This document shows, piece by piece, positions 1 through 10,954 of a stretch of 64,000 nucleotides of DNA. The stretch's first letter is position 1. Each line of letters begins with the position of its first letter. The position numbers were made by a program, and so were the translations under genes. Origin of the DNA: Paecilomyces variotii (Eukaryota); NCBI GenBank assembly GCA_004022145.1, contig RCNU01000002.1; one strand, 5' to 3'. The notes beneath the pieces are model-generated. The model was not told where the DNA came from. It saw only the letters and a program-made list of their open reading frames with translations, and did no database searches.

Positions 1-680
1 GTGTGAGCAGCCTCGAGCAATTGTAGGGTAGATAATAAGGAAGGACGAAGCAGATCTGCGTCGTCCCGAGACAATAACTGTTTCCATTCAATGAAGCTTT
101 CCTGATCTATTTCCCAGGCCACTGGAGCGCAATGGGTCGAGCCACGCCATGCTGAGCTAGTCTATCTCTTTGGCCAGAATGAGACATGAAGGCGACGTGT
201 GGCGGTTGACAGCATCGTTGAAAGACGTCATCGTCACAGCCTGAGCGGGAAGCCTGCTTTTGCTCGATCCGGATTCAACGCTGAGGTGGACGACTTCGTT
301 TTCCCCAAAACGGATGGAGGTCGATAAGAGCCAAAGGACAGTCGTTTCAGCTGGCGCGGAGACTCGACTCACTTGGAAGTCGTTGTTTTGCTTAAGCTGT
401 TTTAAGGGAGGTCTGGACCCTCGTTAGTTAGTACATAGCCGCGCAGTCGGTTCCCATCTCATACATACGTACTGTACTTAACCACTCGCCCCATCACTAT
501 CTAGTTAACTGTTAACTACTGCAATCTCCACACATGGTTCGTTGGCAGATGGGAAGCAACCGCGCCAATAACGAGATATTTCGTTGTTTACCAAGGCCAT
601 TCTTCGAATACGTTCCTGCGATAATTGGAAACTGGAAGAGATTATCTCAGACTCAGCGACTAGTTATCTAGTGCAATAAC

Positions 681-1196
681 ATGTCACTCCAAGCTCTTCC
701 AGACGAGCTACTCCTTCGTATCCTCTTCTATTTACAGCCGTCTTATGCTGATGCAGCTGCACTCTCCTGACAATGTCGGCGACTGTACAGTCTCTGCGAC
801 ATGTCTAACAGATGTAAATATCGCCGGATCAGGCTCAGAGATGCATCCGATTTGACCTCTGCTTTCAAGATGCTCTGCGACATTCGCAAAACTCCTCGAC
901 TTGGACACTACGTCCGATATCTTGAACTTCCTACAAATTCAGACAAGTATATTTTTGGTCTTTCATCTCCGAATCAAATATTTCTACCACGGAGGTCTGG
1001 TGACCCTGAACAACCCAGGCGGACAATGGACAGCGTCGGGAATCTACTGTTATCACAAACCCAAGGAATACCGAGAAGCTTACCACGATTTGATGTAATT
1101 ACGACGGAGTACGTTGGAGTCTTCATCCATTTTCTCCTAATTCTGCTCGGTTCGATGGAAATAAGGCTAACTCAGACAGTGATCTTGATCTTCTAG
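681..1196 (+). pseudogene. F-box domain gene disrupted by a premature stop
   Basis: ATG at 681 reads MSLQALPDELLLRILFYLQPSYADAAALS*QCRRLYSLC, a typical N-terminal F-box (LPDELL.I..YL...L...CRRL). TGA at 768-770 is in frame with the downstream ORF 801-1196 (..PRLGHYVRYLEL..). The 3' part looks degenerate. Confidence 0.7.
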
Positions 1197-1822
1197 AGGT
1201 CATCCGTGCTCAAACACTCGCCATCCAGTTTGTTTCCGTCTCTCCCGCACTGAAATCCACTGGTCTTTTGCTCTAGCAAGCTGGATGAGGAGGAAGCACA
1301 GTTACCTCGGCTTGTCTTACGGTTCTTTTTCCACCTGCTGTTGCAACCGGTCAACGGACCAGACCACCGAACGCCACGTGAACTGAGGGTGATCTATAAG
1401 TGACCGCCCGAGTGAAAGCACGGGGTATAGGCCACATAATACTCTAGTTTTTTACATCCTTACTGTACGTTTGGCAGCTTCGGAATACTAGGATATACTA
1501 GGATAGAACCGGTCATCTCATTTGCCGATGTGGCATGAGGGCTCAAAACTCGCGAGATATATCCTTCCTCTAAGCACTATGCCTTTCGTGTATTCAATGC
1601 TTTCTAGACTAACCAATGCCCTAATTTTAGTCATGTGGACAATGAGATACTTACGGGCCATATCCCTTTCTAAGGTGGTATGAGTTCCACAACGCCAACG
1701 TCTTCTACGCGCATCATCTTTCCATTTATCCCCCAGATTCCCCAAATTCGAACGAACTAACGGCAGCATTTCGGATTATCATTTTCGCACTAGAGCAGGA
1801 TCCATGGAATTATAGCCGACCA

Positions 1823-2272
1823 GTGCAGCCGCCGTCGCCAACGTACTTGAAGCGCCATATCCCCCGGGACCTTCGCAGTGGTCCTGATCATATACAAATG
1901 TTGAATGTGGGTTTTGTAAACAAAGTGACGATTGCACTTGAGATGATTGACTCATATAATAACATACAGACTGATGTGCATCTTATGGTTCCATATTTTG
2001 AAATCGCCGGACATATTATCTTTGAGTTTGTGGGGAAGAGGGACCTGTCTCTACTCGCGACGATCAAATCGACCAAGTGCGATCTATGGAAGGGAGACTC
2101 AATGTTCACGATGGAGCGATGGGAGTTTTGGAAAGATCGACTGCGATGGGTAAGTGAGCAGGATGAGCTGCTGGAAAGGACACGAGATGATGCCCGGAAC
2201 CTGATACAACTGATGCAGGGTATTGAACAACAGAAACTGGAAAAAGAACTCGGCGGACAAGTTTTAGCTTAA
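1823..2272 (+). pseudogene. DUF3632-like protein, C-terminal part; 5' end truncated or decayed
   Basis: C-terminal motif LWKGDSMFTMERWEFWKDRLRWV...ARNLIQLM resembles the DUF3632 signature (LW.G...F..ERW.FWK.R). The ORF starts at GTG and I could not build an intact upstream frame. Confidence 0.5.
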
Positions 2273-3199
2273 ACACATCTTAGAAGTCTACGTATACCTA
2301 TATACCGCCTTGACCAGACATTGTACCTCTGAGACTAAAATGTCGTAGGTAGGTAAGATAGCTAAATATCATCGTCCTGAAACGAAGGAACGTTATAAAA
2401 GGAATTACAAATCCTAGGCCTGCGCCATGCTGAGTTAACGAATTGTACAGCCGACTTTGCGAGAAGCCTCGTCCTCTTGCTCTGAAATGAACGAAGTGAG
2501 AGGAAAGAGGAACCACGTACCGGACCTGCCAATAGGCGCAACTGATAACTAGTCTTGGTGAGATATAGCCTCAAGAGCGAGAGGTGACGGTTGAGAAGCC
2601 TGGATGCTAGCATCCATGGTGTCTAGGGCGGTGGACAAGAGGGTCATGCAAAGGAAGACGATTGTTTGGATGATCGCGGTGCGATAGTTGGAAGTTGAAG
2701 AAGGGGAAGGGACGTACATATAAGTCGTTTGGGACATTATTTCAGATCTTCCGGCCACTCAGGGGAGACCAAGTTCTGAGAAGTCTATATCAATACGCGA
2801 GGTAAAAATGCACATGCTATACGATAAGATTCAGGTATGATTAGAACTTCGACTACATGCACTACTATTTTCATTAGGCGATAGTCCACACACCTTGTCT
2901 TTTGGTGCATCTTTCGGAACTATGTAACCGTTGGATGACGTCGACAATCCATGCTGCGGCTCGGCCCGTACCTTGGAACAATGAAGATAAAGTCTGATGA
3001 ATTCAATGAATAGCATATATTATATGTTACATTGGTCTTGTAAAGAGCGGGATATGCTGAAACATAGAAACACATCGAGCGTGTAGCCAAAAGACAAGCA
3101 CCAACCAGAAAACAAAAGGGATCTATGCATAGTGACTGAACATCCGGAAATCCTGAAAAGAATGAAACGCCGCCAACCTGTATGCCTTACCCAGGACAA

Positions 3200-6038
3200 T
3201 TAGGCCTTGGTAGTCCTCGTCTCCTCAAGACCTGGCAGCCCAGGGAGATCAGGTTCGGAGCTGATGCACGCCTGGCTTGCGTTATCATCATCTTCGAGTT
3301 CTTCTTCTGTAAGCACGCCGAAGCCAACACCGCTGTCAATCCTTCGCCTGTGCCTTCCCCGTCCCACTTCCACATCCACGAACCTCGTCATGCTAACGGG
3401 CGTGATGGGCTCGCTGCCAGGCATGGTTGCTTCTGACTCGAGATCGTCAGACATAATCTTCCAGTTCGCAGCACGGACCTTCGAACCCCGGCGCTCTGCG
3501 TTGATTGCTTCTTTCATGTAGGCGAATGATCGTGCTTGATCTGCAGCCCACTTATCCGCAAGCCTATTCCGTGCTCCAATTTCCGCCTGTAGGCGTTCTT
3601 CGAGACTAGTATTTAGTCGTCGGAGTTTTTCGACTTCTGACCTAGCATCGTCAAGAGATGTTGTAAGTTCAGAGAGGCGAACGTTCATGGACCCAATCTC
3701 TTGGTCGTGGAGCTCCAACTGCTCTGCTGCCTTGCTCTCCATGGCCTCGACAACTTGATTACGTTCTCTCTCTAGAAACTCAACCTTGGCAGTCAGGTCG
3801 TCGACCCGAATCTGATTCTGCTCGACGGTATCCTGCAACTCGCGTACAAGATCCACATTCTCAGCTGCGGCTGATTCAGCAAGGCGACGGGCCGTCTCCT
3901 CATGCTTGACCTTATTCTCAAGGATCAAGATTGTCAATTTATACCCTTCCTTGGATGCGGCGGCCTCTGCTTCCATGGACGTAATGAGCTTCTCCAATCC
4001 TCTCACTTCATCATGATACTTGTCTAATGCTGCGTTTAGCCTGTCAATTCCGACAGCCTGATCATTGCCTCGTCGTTCCAGTTCTTGAATCCGCATCCTT
4101 GCATGTAACATGTCTTCAGCAGACGAGTCAATAGTCTCTTCAGGATCGTGAATCTTCTTGGAGGCAGCCTCGTATCTGAATAAACAAGCGTCAAACTGGC
4201 CGCGCAGCGCCTTCTCACGGCCAAGCGTGCCTTCATGGAATTCTCTTTCTCTTTCCAGCTCGTTCGCGAGTCTTTTGACTCTTTCAACTAGAGCATTGAG
4301 GGTGGAGGATCCATCTTCCAGGCCTACACTGGGTGTCTCCCCAGGAACAGCACGCTCCAGTTCCAGTCTGGCGGAGCGGAAGCGCTGACGCAGCTCTGCA
4401 ATCACTTCATCGGCATTACTACCAGAAAATCCCATGTCTGCAAGGGCACCCCGTACGGACTCGAGGGCAGAAGAAGCCTCAGAAGCGCGCGCAAGGGCCG
4501 CTTTCAACGTTGGAACAATCTGGTGCATGAAGTCAGGTGGCGGCGAGGAGAGGCGCGAGCCATCATTGTCATCCGGGTTAGAGGAATCGATATGAGCGCG
4601 CCACTCGTTGAATAAATCCTTCTTCTCTTGTCTTGCCGCTGCTAGGTCAAGTGACAATGCGACCATTTCTGCTTCCTGGTGAGGATCAGCTATGGACGCA
4701 TGTGCAGATGCATCATTAGTGATCGGAATCGTGTCGCTAGTCGATGCAGGACTCAGTGGAGCGCCAAATTCGCGAGAATAGTAACTCCGGAGATCTGAAG
4801 AGTTTGACATAAGGATTGTGTCGTCGCTGATAACGCTACCATTTGTCATTATTGCATCCCCTTCATGGTCCGCCTGATGATCGAGGGCACCCCATGCGCC
4901 AGCAGTCGACTGTGAAATCTCGTGTCTTAAGCGGCTGACTTCTGCTTCCAATTCTGCGATCTTTCTCTTCGAGTCTGAAGAGATTTCTCCCCTTTCACCA
5001 TGATTTTCATGATTTTCGGTCGGGATCTTAGTGTTCTTGATGGCCTCTAGCTCTTCTTTCAGGGCCGCGAGTTCCACGTCCTTTTGGCGCAATATCTCCC
5101 TGGAATTTCTCAGATTCTCGCGTTTCTCCCGCTGAATTTCATCGATTTCTTTACTCAGCCCAATCCTCCGTATCCGCCTCTGGGTCCTTTCGTCGAGTAT
5201 CTGACGTAGAGGTGTGAACTGAAGCATGCGCGGTACAGGAGGCAGTTCGATAGGAAACGTAGGGTCTTGAAGACTCCGTGTACTCTCGACAGGTGCCGAT
5301 TGTCGCCGCTGACGACGACTAGGAGTAAGATTATACGTTTCGTTTTGAGCGATGTCACACTCCTCAAATGAAGTACGAAGGATCGCCGGCGTCAGTCCGG
5401 TGGACCCCTCCTCAAATGGTTGTAACTGAGGGCCGGGGTCCGAAAAGCGCACTTTCTTCTTGTTGCGTCTCCTTGGGGTCTGACATGACGCGTTCACTGT
5501 ATTGTTCTCGCTTGATAGCTCTTTATTCCTTCGCGTATTGGAACGAGTTATAGCCTTTGCCGTCTTCCTGTCCAAATCCTGCAGATCATTGTAGTCGTGA
5601 TTGAGCGATGATATCGAGCTATTCCTTCTCTTGCGACGCGTAGGTGTTGACCTAAGTCTAGTCACGATGCTCTCGCTATCTGACGCCATTGTGGATTGGC
5701 GTTCTATCCGCCGTTGTTGGTCTTGGATATAAGCAGTGGCAGTATCTAGTCCGTTATCCACACTATCAGCCTTGAATTGGATGTGCTCCGAGGTGAGGGC
5801 AGGCAGTTTGTATTAGGAGCAGCAAGACGCGTGTATGTGATCGAGTAGGCGAAGACAGTTCACAATGGAATCTCCATTCCACAGCGATAAGAGATATACC
5901 CACCTCGAGGCAGAGACAGGACGCGGGTGCACGGCTTGACCCTGCAGGAAATGGTGCAGGGATCAACAAATGTAAAAAGGCTTCGGTGCTAAGGAAATGA
6001 AATGCGCGTAATGAATTCAATGCGGTGTCAGCATTCAT
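3200..6038 (-). CDS. Large coiled-coil hypothetical protein (~894 aa, 2 exons)
   Basis: Exon 1 6038-5900 (MNADTALNSLRAFHF...CLCLEV); intron 5899-5746 (GTATAT...CTGAT...TAG, phase 1); exon 2 5745-3200 in frame with the 853-aa ORF. Long heptad-rich E/K/R/L segments. Confidence 0.8.
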
Positions 6039-6599
6039 AAAGAGGAGTTGGAGAAACAAGCGTAAACAGACAATTCTGAGAACGTGTAGGGAAATAGTAA
6101 ACACGACGACCCCCCGACACGTCTGCTCCGTATTTGAAGGATTCTTCAACTCAAAATATCAACTATGTAGTCTATCCTCTTCGCATTTTCGCAGGCAGCA
6201 ATTAAATCCCTCTGGGATCCTGCGGGGACAAGCCATGACCATATTACCGGATTTGGTCAAGGTAAACAAACGCGCAACCGCCGATGCTATACCCGCCAAT
6301 CAGAGAGCTTTCTTCCTTGCAGCTTGGGGTTTGGCCTCATATTTTGGTGGAGCGGTCCAAGGCCTCGTTCTTGGAGAGTAAGCTTCTTTTCCATACTTAT
6401 CGTGGAGAACGGACGTGTCGGACGCGTCGAGAGTGTGTTGATTGATTGGACATGGGGTTCTTGACGCTAGGAGGGATAAATCGCCTTGGCTCTTTGGCGG
6501 ATTCCGACTCCTTGGATCATTCAATCATGGCGCGTAGAGTACATCATGTCCTCGAATCGCGCAACAATGACTTGCAACTACGAAGCGAATTTTTTCAAT

Positions 6600-7030
6600 C
6601 ACGATAGGAGTTAATACTCTTTTATACTGGACCTAATCACGCGGTGCATACTTAGGTTTCCCCTCCAGATTTTCACTACACTGAATTTTATTCAAGTTAA
6701 CTACTTACTAAATTATTCAAATATGTAGACTCTATTTTGTTAGCTCTTAAAGATTCAAAACTATTAGAGTCTACAGTAAAGCTTAATTGTATAAAAATTT
6801 GCTAAAAGAAATATAAATCTCCTTTAGTCTTTTGATCCTTTTCTCTATTCTTTTGTTCGCTATAGTTTAACTCCGAGTTTAAGTTATTACTAATGCTATT
6901 CTATGACTATCACAGTCCTTTATTTAACTCTAAGGGGAAGTTCTGTACTCATACCTAGGTATAATATTCCTGCCGTGGTCTCCTCTGGGTCGTAGTAATA
7001 TCCTGCCTAGGCCAATATATAAATAATCGA
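6600..7030. other. AT/TpA-rich tract, possible RIP-mutated repeat relic
   Basis: Abrupt drop in GC with dense TpA (ctacttacta, ctattagagtctacag, aagttattactaatgctattctatgacta). No ORF in the supplied track. Confidence 0.45.
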
Positions 7031-7368
7031 TATTCACCGCGGAGTCATCTTTTGTTGGTCCATCACATGGGGGATTTGATCGGGCCAGGGGCGAATCACG
7101 TTATCTTGCCTTCCACTTGCTTCCTGGAGAGGTGGCAAGACATCATCTATCGGAGCCCCGGGAGAGCAAGAGCTAGTTAGCCATCATACTTACCAAGTTG
7201 GTGACACTGCTAGTTGATAGCCTTCAGTTTCTTCTGCCAAGTACGATCTACGACTATAACCTCCCACAACTCATACTCTTCGAAAGCCGACCTCTATTCA
7301 GTCTGCTGCCATTATCACAAATCACTCATCTCGACGTTGATAGGTCGACAGCAGAATCTCCCATCGGA

Positions 7369-8598
7369 ATGGATGACGCTTCCCCAGAACCCGAGCGGAC
7401 AGCTACCACAGTGCTAGTTCCTGACGAGAGATGCAACGTGCCGTCTCAGGAACGTCTAACTCTGCTTTCAGAGTTCAGAAAAGCGATGAAACGAGATAAG
7501 ATACGAGCTCCGTTGTGGGCTTTTCTCCAAGTCGCGGATATTGCACAATTGCAGTCACTGGTCGAGGCAGCCGAGAATATCCCCGAATTCTATTTTTCCC
7601 TCCTTGAGGATACCTGCTTCAGCATTGTCTTGAATTGGATGCAGCGCAGACTTATTTCTCAGTCGGGTTTATCTGTGTCTGGAACGTCATCTTCATCACC
7701 ATCGGAATCTTCCAAGAAAGGCCGGGCGGAGAAGCCGAAAAGACTCGCAAAGGAGAGAGATCAGATGTGTGTCTTGACGAAGGCCACTGTCTACCAAGTT
7801 GCTCATATATATCCCCACTCTCTTATCCATGCCAGTCCACGGCGCAGTATTGATGCGGCAGTGCCTGGATTCTGGAAGCTACTGTACGCATTCTTTGATG
7901 CGGAGAGAATCACGAAATGGCGATCTGAGATCTTCCGGGACCCAACAGATCCATCTAAAGCATTTGATGGGTGCTTTAATATGATCTGCATCAACTCACA
8001 GGCCCATGAACTATGGAATAGAGGTTTTTTTGCACTGAAACCGATCTCTCTTTCGGATGACAAAAAGACTCTAGTACTAGAATTCCATTGGCAGCCACGG
8101 CCCAACCATTCACAATTAGACACCGTTGATATCTTGAAGTGCCCAGGTTCGTCTGAGGGCCTGGATTCTGTGGAGGATAATGACTTGACAACTCGAATTG
8201 GCAATAGCAACAAGAGACGTTTCATCAAGACCGGCGATAGATTTGAACTACGGACTGACAATCCATTTACACACCCTCTCCCCAGCTGGGATCTTCTGGA
8301 TATGCAATGGCGTTTGACACGGGTCGTGTCAATGTCTGGAGCGGCAGATGTCTACGACGACAATGATGATGACGACGATGACGATAGCATCGATGATGCT
8401 GCCGGTATCGAGGATCGTCCAGATATTTTTTCCTGGGTCCCATCGCCGTCGAGAATTCAGAACGAGTCCGATGATAGCGAAGACAATGATGAATTCGAGG
8501 ATTCGTTTACTACGGCCTCAACCAACCCCTCTCCTGCCAAAGTACGAGAGACGCTAGGGAACACTGCCACGGAGGAAGGAGGTCCCATTGAGCTATAA
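7369..8598 (+). CDS. HNH endonuclease-domain protein (fungal HNH_2 type) with acidic C-terminal tail
   Basis: ERDQMCVLT...AHIYPHS...NMICINSQAHELWNRGFFALKP...DNPFTHPLPSWDLLDMQW...SGAA is the fungal HNH_2 motif series. First ATG in the open frame is at 7369; appears intronless. Confidence 0.85.
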   Translation: MDDASPEPERTATTVLVPDERCNVPSQERLTLLSEFRKAMKRDKIRAPLWAFLQVADIAQLQSLVEAAENIPEFYFSLLEDTCFSIVLNWMQRRLISQSGLSVSGTSSSSPSESSKKGRAEKPKRLAKERDQMCVLTKATVYQVAHIYPHSLIHASPRRSIDAAVPGFWKLLYAFFDAERITKWRSEIFRDPTDPSKAFDGCFNMICINSQAHELWNRGFFALKPISLSDDKKTLVLEFHWQPRPNHSQLDTVDILKCPGSSEGLDSVEDNDLTTRIGNSNKRRFIKTGDRFELRTDNPFTHPLPSWDLLDMQWRLTRVVSMSGAADVYDDNDDDDDDDSIDDAAGIEDRPDIFSWVPSPSRIQNESDDSEDNDEFEDSFTTASTNPSPAKVRETLGNTATEEGGPIEL

Positions 8599-8699
8599 TG
8601 CTCTGTTTTTATTTGACTAAAAGGCGTCAGGTGTACCAGCTACTAACCGGTAATGGCACATACTGATATGGTCCACGGGTAATATGGGAACGGGAAAAT

Positions 8700-8815
8700 G
8701 ATGGTGCTGGCGGCACTATAATTATATGGGCTTTAGGTCTTATCTCACTAATAGTCTAATATAGAGTAGTAATAGGATAATATAGGATAATGTATTATTT
8801 ACTTATATAGGCCTT
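8700..8815. other. AT/TpA-rich tract downstream of the HNH gene (RIP-like)
   Basis: Sequence such as ctaatagtctaatatagagtagtaataggataatataggataat is very TpA-rich and low in GC. Confidence 0.4.
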
Positions 8816-9049
8816 TCCCTGACTAGCCGAACCTGTGTGTTTTTAACTGCAGGCCTAACAGAATTATTGCTTGTATTGGACCATAGCCAGAATGTGTGAG
8901 GTGACTGGCTCGCTTATAGGACCAAGCACCTTTTGAGCAAGGAATTAATAATACAAAATACAAATAAACCAGAAAGGCACACAAATAATAATACAAGTGT
9001 GAAGCAAAAGAATATCAGGTGGTAGGTAGCAAATACTGCTAGCAGAGAG

Positions 9050-10260
9050 CGCTATTGGGGGAAGCAGTCAGCACCAGGCAATACCAGGACTATCTCCAAA
9101 TACCACTGTAGAGCAAGGTTATTGAATGCTGTATATACATCCATATCACACCTGTCTACAAGCCATGGCAGTTATACAGGAAGTCATTATGACAATGGGC
9201 GAGAGGCCCATTTGTCGAAAGGTAATTTTGCGGGTAATTCTCCTCTTTGAAAGTTTCAATAAACTTCTGAAAAGAATCGTGGAAAGTAGCAGGAACCATT
9301 TTGCTTTTGTCCGCAAATATAGTCGCATGCTTATTGATCAGGGCTATTGCCTCGCTGTTTGCTGTAACTTTATTAGTTTCACTTTTATTGGGTTGGAATA
9401 AGTAGAAGAAACTCACGATCAACCTCAAAACAGATGACTGATGGCAATAAGCCATTGATTTTGGCATACACATCATAGTCCTGCCGCATGCCCGCTCCCA
9501 TGTATAGGAAATAGCGGAAGTCGACTAGACGACTAGACCAAAAAGGAGAACTCCTCAGAGGTCTGGTCCTAGCTGGATCTAACAGCATACACATCATAGT
9601 ACTGCCACATGCCCGCTCCCATGTATAGGAAACAATCACAAAGACAGTCGCCATTATAGGCAACACAGTTCCCCTTTCGTATGTGATAGTAATTGACGGA
9701 AGTCGACTAGACGACTAGACCGAAAAGGAGAACTCCTCAGAGGTCTGGTCCTAGCTGGATCTAACATTATATTTCTGGTTAAGCGAAATGTTCTCCGAAA
9801 GGATTCTCTCATTTCGTGATTCCAGTACCTGTAATCTGCCATAGATTTCCTCCAAGTTGGCCCATGCATTTGGGAGGCATTCTGATTTGTAACAAAAGTA
9901 TGATCACGGAAAGCATCGATAGATAGGGGCCCATCTGCTGCCGTTCGCAGCTTTTTTCGTGACTCGTGCTCCATTATGTCTTTAGAGTCAAATTCCACAG
10001 TTGCTGAAATCAACGCGGTCGCCAAATCCGTATTTCCGCACGTATTCTTGTCGGTGTGGGTTTGGGATTGTGGAAGTGGTATCTGTTTGGGCGATTGGCC
10101 CAGTTTTTCTCTTTGGCATGGCGACAATGAGAGAAAATTTGGCAAAAAGAGGGGATGGATGTCACTTCTGAGTACTAGCTTCACTCGGTCAAATTCTTCC
10201 CTTGGTTACAGCGGTGTAGATAGAGCCTTTGAAGTGAGTTGTAATAGTGAAGACCAGCTG
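9050..10260 (-). pseudogene. Frameshifted coding relic of unknown family
   Basis: Overlapping protein-like ORFs in different minus-strand frames (9654-10184, 9385-9666, 9156-9476) broken by an internal duplication. A T/G-rich 3'UTR-like tract follows at ~8940-9000. Confidence 0.35.
9464..9766. repeat. Direct tandem duplication A-B / A-spacer-B
   Basis: Block A (48 nt) at 9464-9511 and 9585-9632 with 2 mismatches. Block B (70 nt) at 9515-9584 and 9697-9766 with 1 mismatch. Confidence 0.95.
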
Positions 10261-10288
10261 AAAAGATCAGCTTTGGGCTAAGTAGGCA

Positions 10289-10311
10289 GCCAACCGAGCG
10301 GCTCGGTTGGC
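10289..10311. repeat. Perfect 11-bp inverted repeat with 1-nt spacer
   Basis: GCCAACCGAGC-G-GCTCGGTTGGC. Confidence 0.9.
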
Positions 10312-10954
10312 AGATTCGATTGTTTGGCTCAACTTCCCCATAGAAAAGGTATCTACTACAATGTAGATTGTGATGAAAAGAGGAATAATGACGGGGCGCT
10401 CATTCCAGCAGGTGATGGATACTGTGACTTACCTAGCAACGCTAAACCTCATAGCAGATGGCAGCGTGGACGCAGCTTGCGCGTAGTTAAGCTCATTGTC
10501 GAACCGATGATTATGATAATGCATGATAGCATGGAGGAACGAGGAACTAGATAAGTAAACAAAACGAAGTTTCTTAGCTTGTGAAGTTAACTTTCTGCTA
10601 GCAATAATAATGAAGATGGAACTGCAACTTCTCCAGGCGGGAGGATTCACGGTTCGACCCACCTGGCACAAAGACTGCGGAGATGGAGTCGCTCGCCGGC
10701 CAGAGAAGCTGTGACGTTCCGACTGCTTCCAATAAGTATTGACTCCGACGTCTCAGATATCTCTCCGTCTCTGAGATATACAAAAACAGTCATCGCGCTC
10801 ATGGAGCAGTTGTCACATCCAGACTCTTCTTCGTGATGTCATCGGCATCGTCTTTCTGACGATCCCCGCAACCCCTCAATTACACTGACAGGCAAATCCG
10901 TGCCTGATACCTCCGAGCATATCGTTCAATCTGGCCGGGGCTACGAACTCTTCC

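Noticed and set aside
1-400. Minus-strand protein-like fragments at the window edge (..AWEIDQESFIEWKQLL..)
   Set aside because: No coherent spliced model or family motif; truncated by the window edge.
7005-8813. Possible TIRs around the HNH gene (ggccaatatataaataat versus attatttacttatataggcc)
   Set aside because: Gapped, AT-rich similarity expected by chance; no target-site duplication.
9633-9696. Spacer missing from one repeat copy read as a lost intron (retro-duplication)
   Set aside because: No GT...AG boundaries on either strand and the junction is imprecise.
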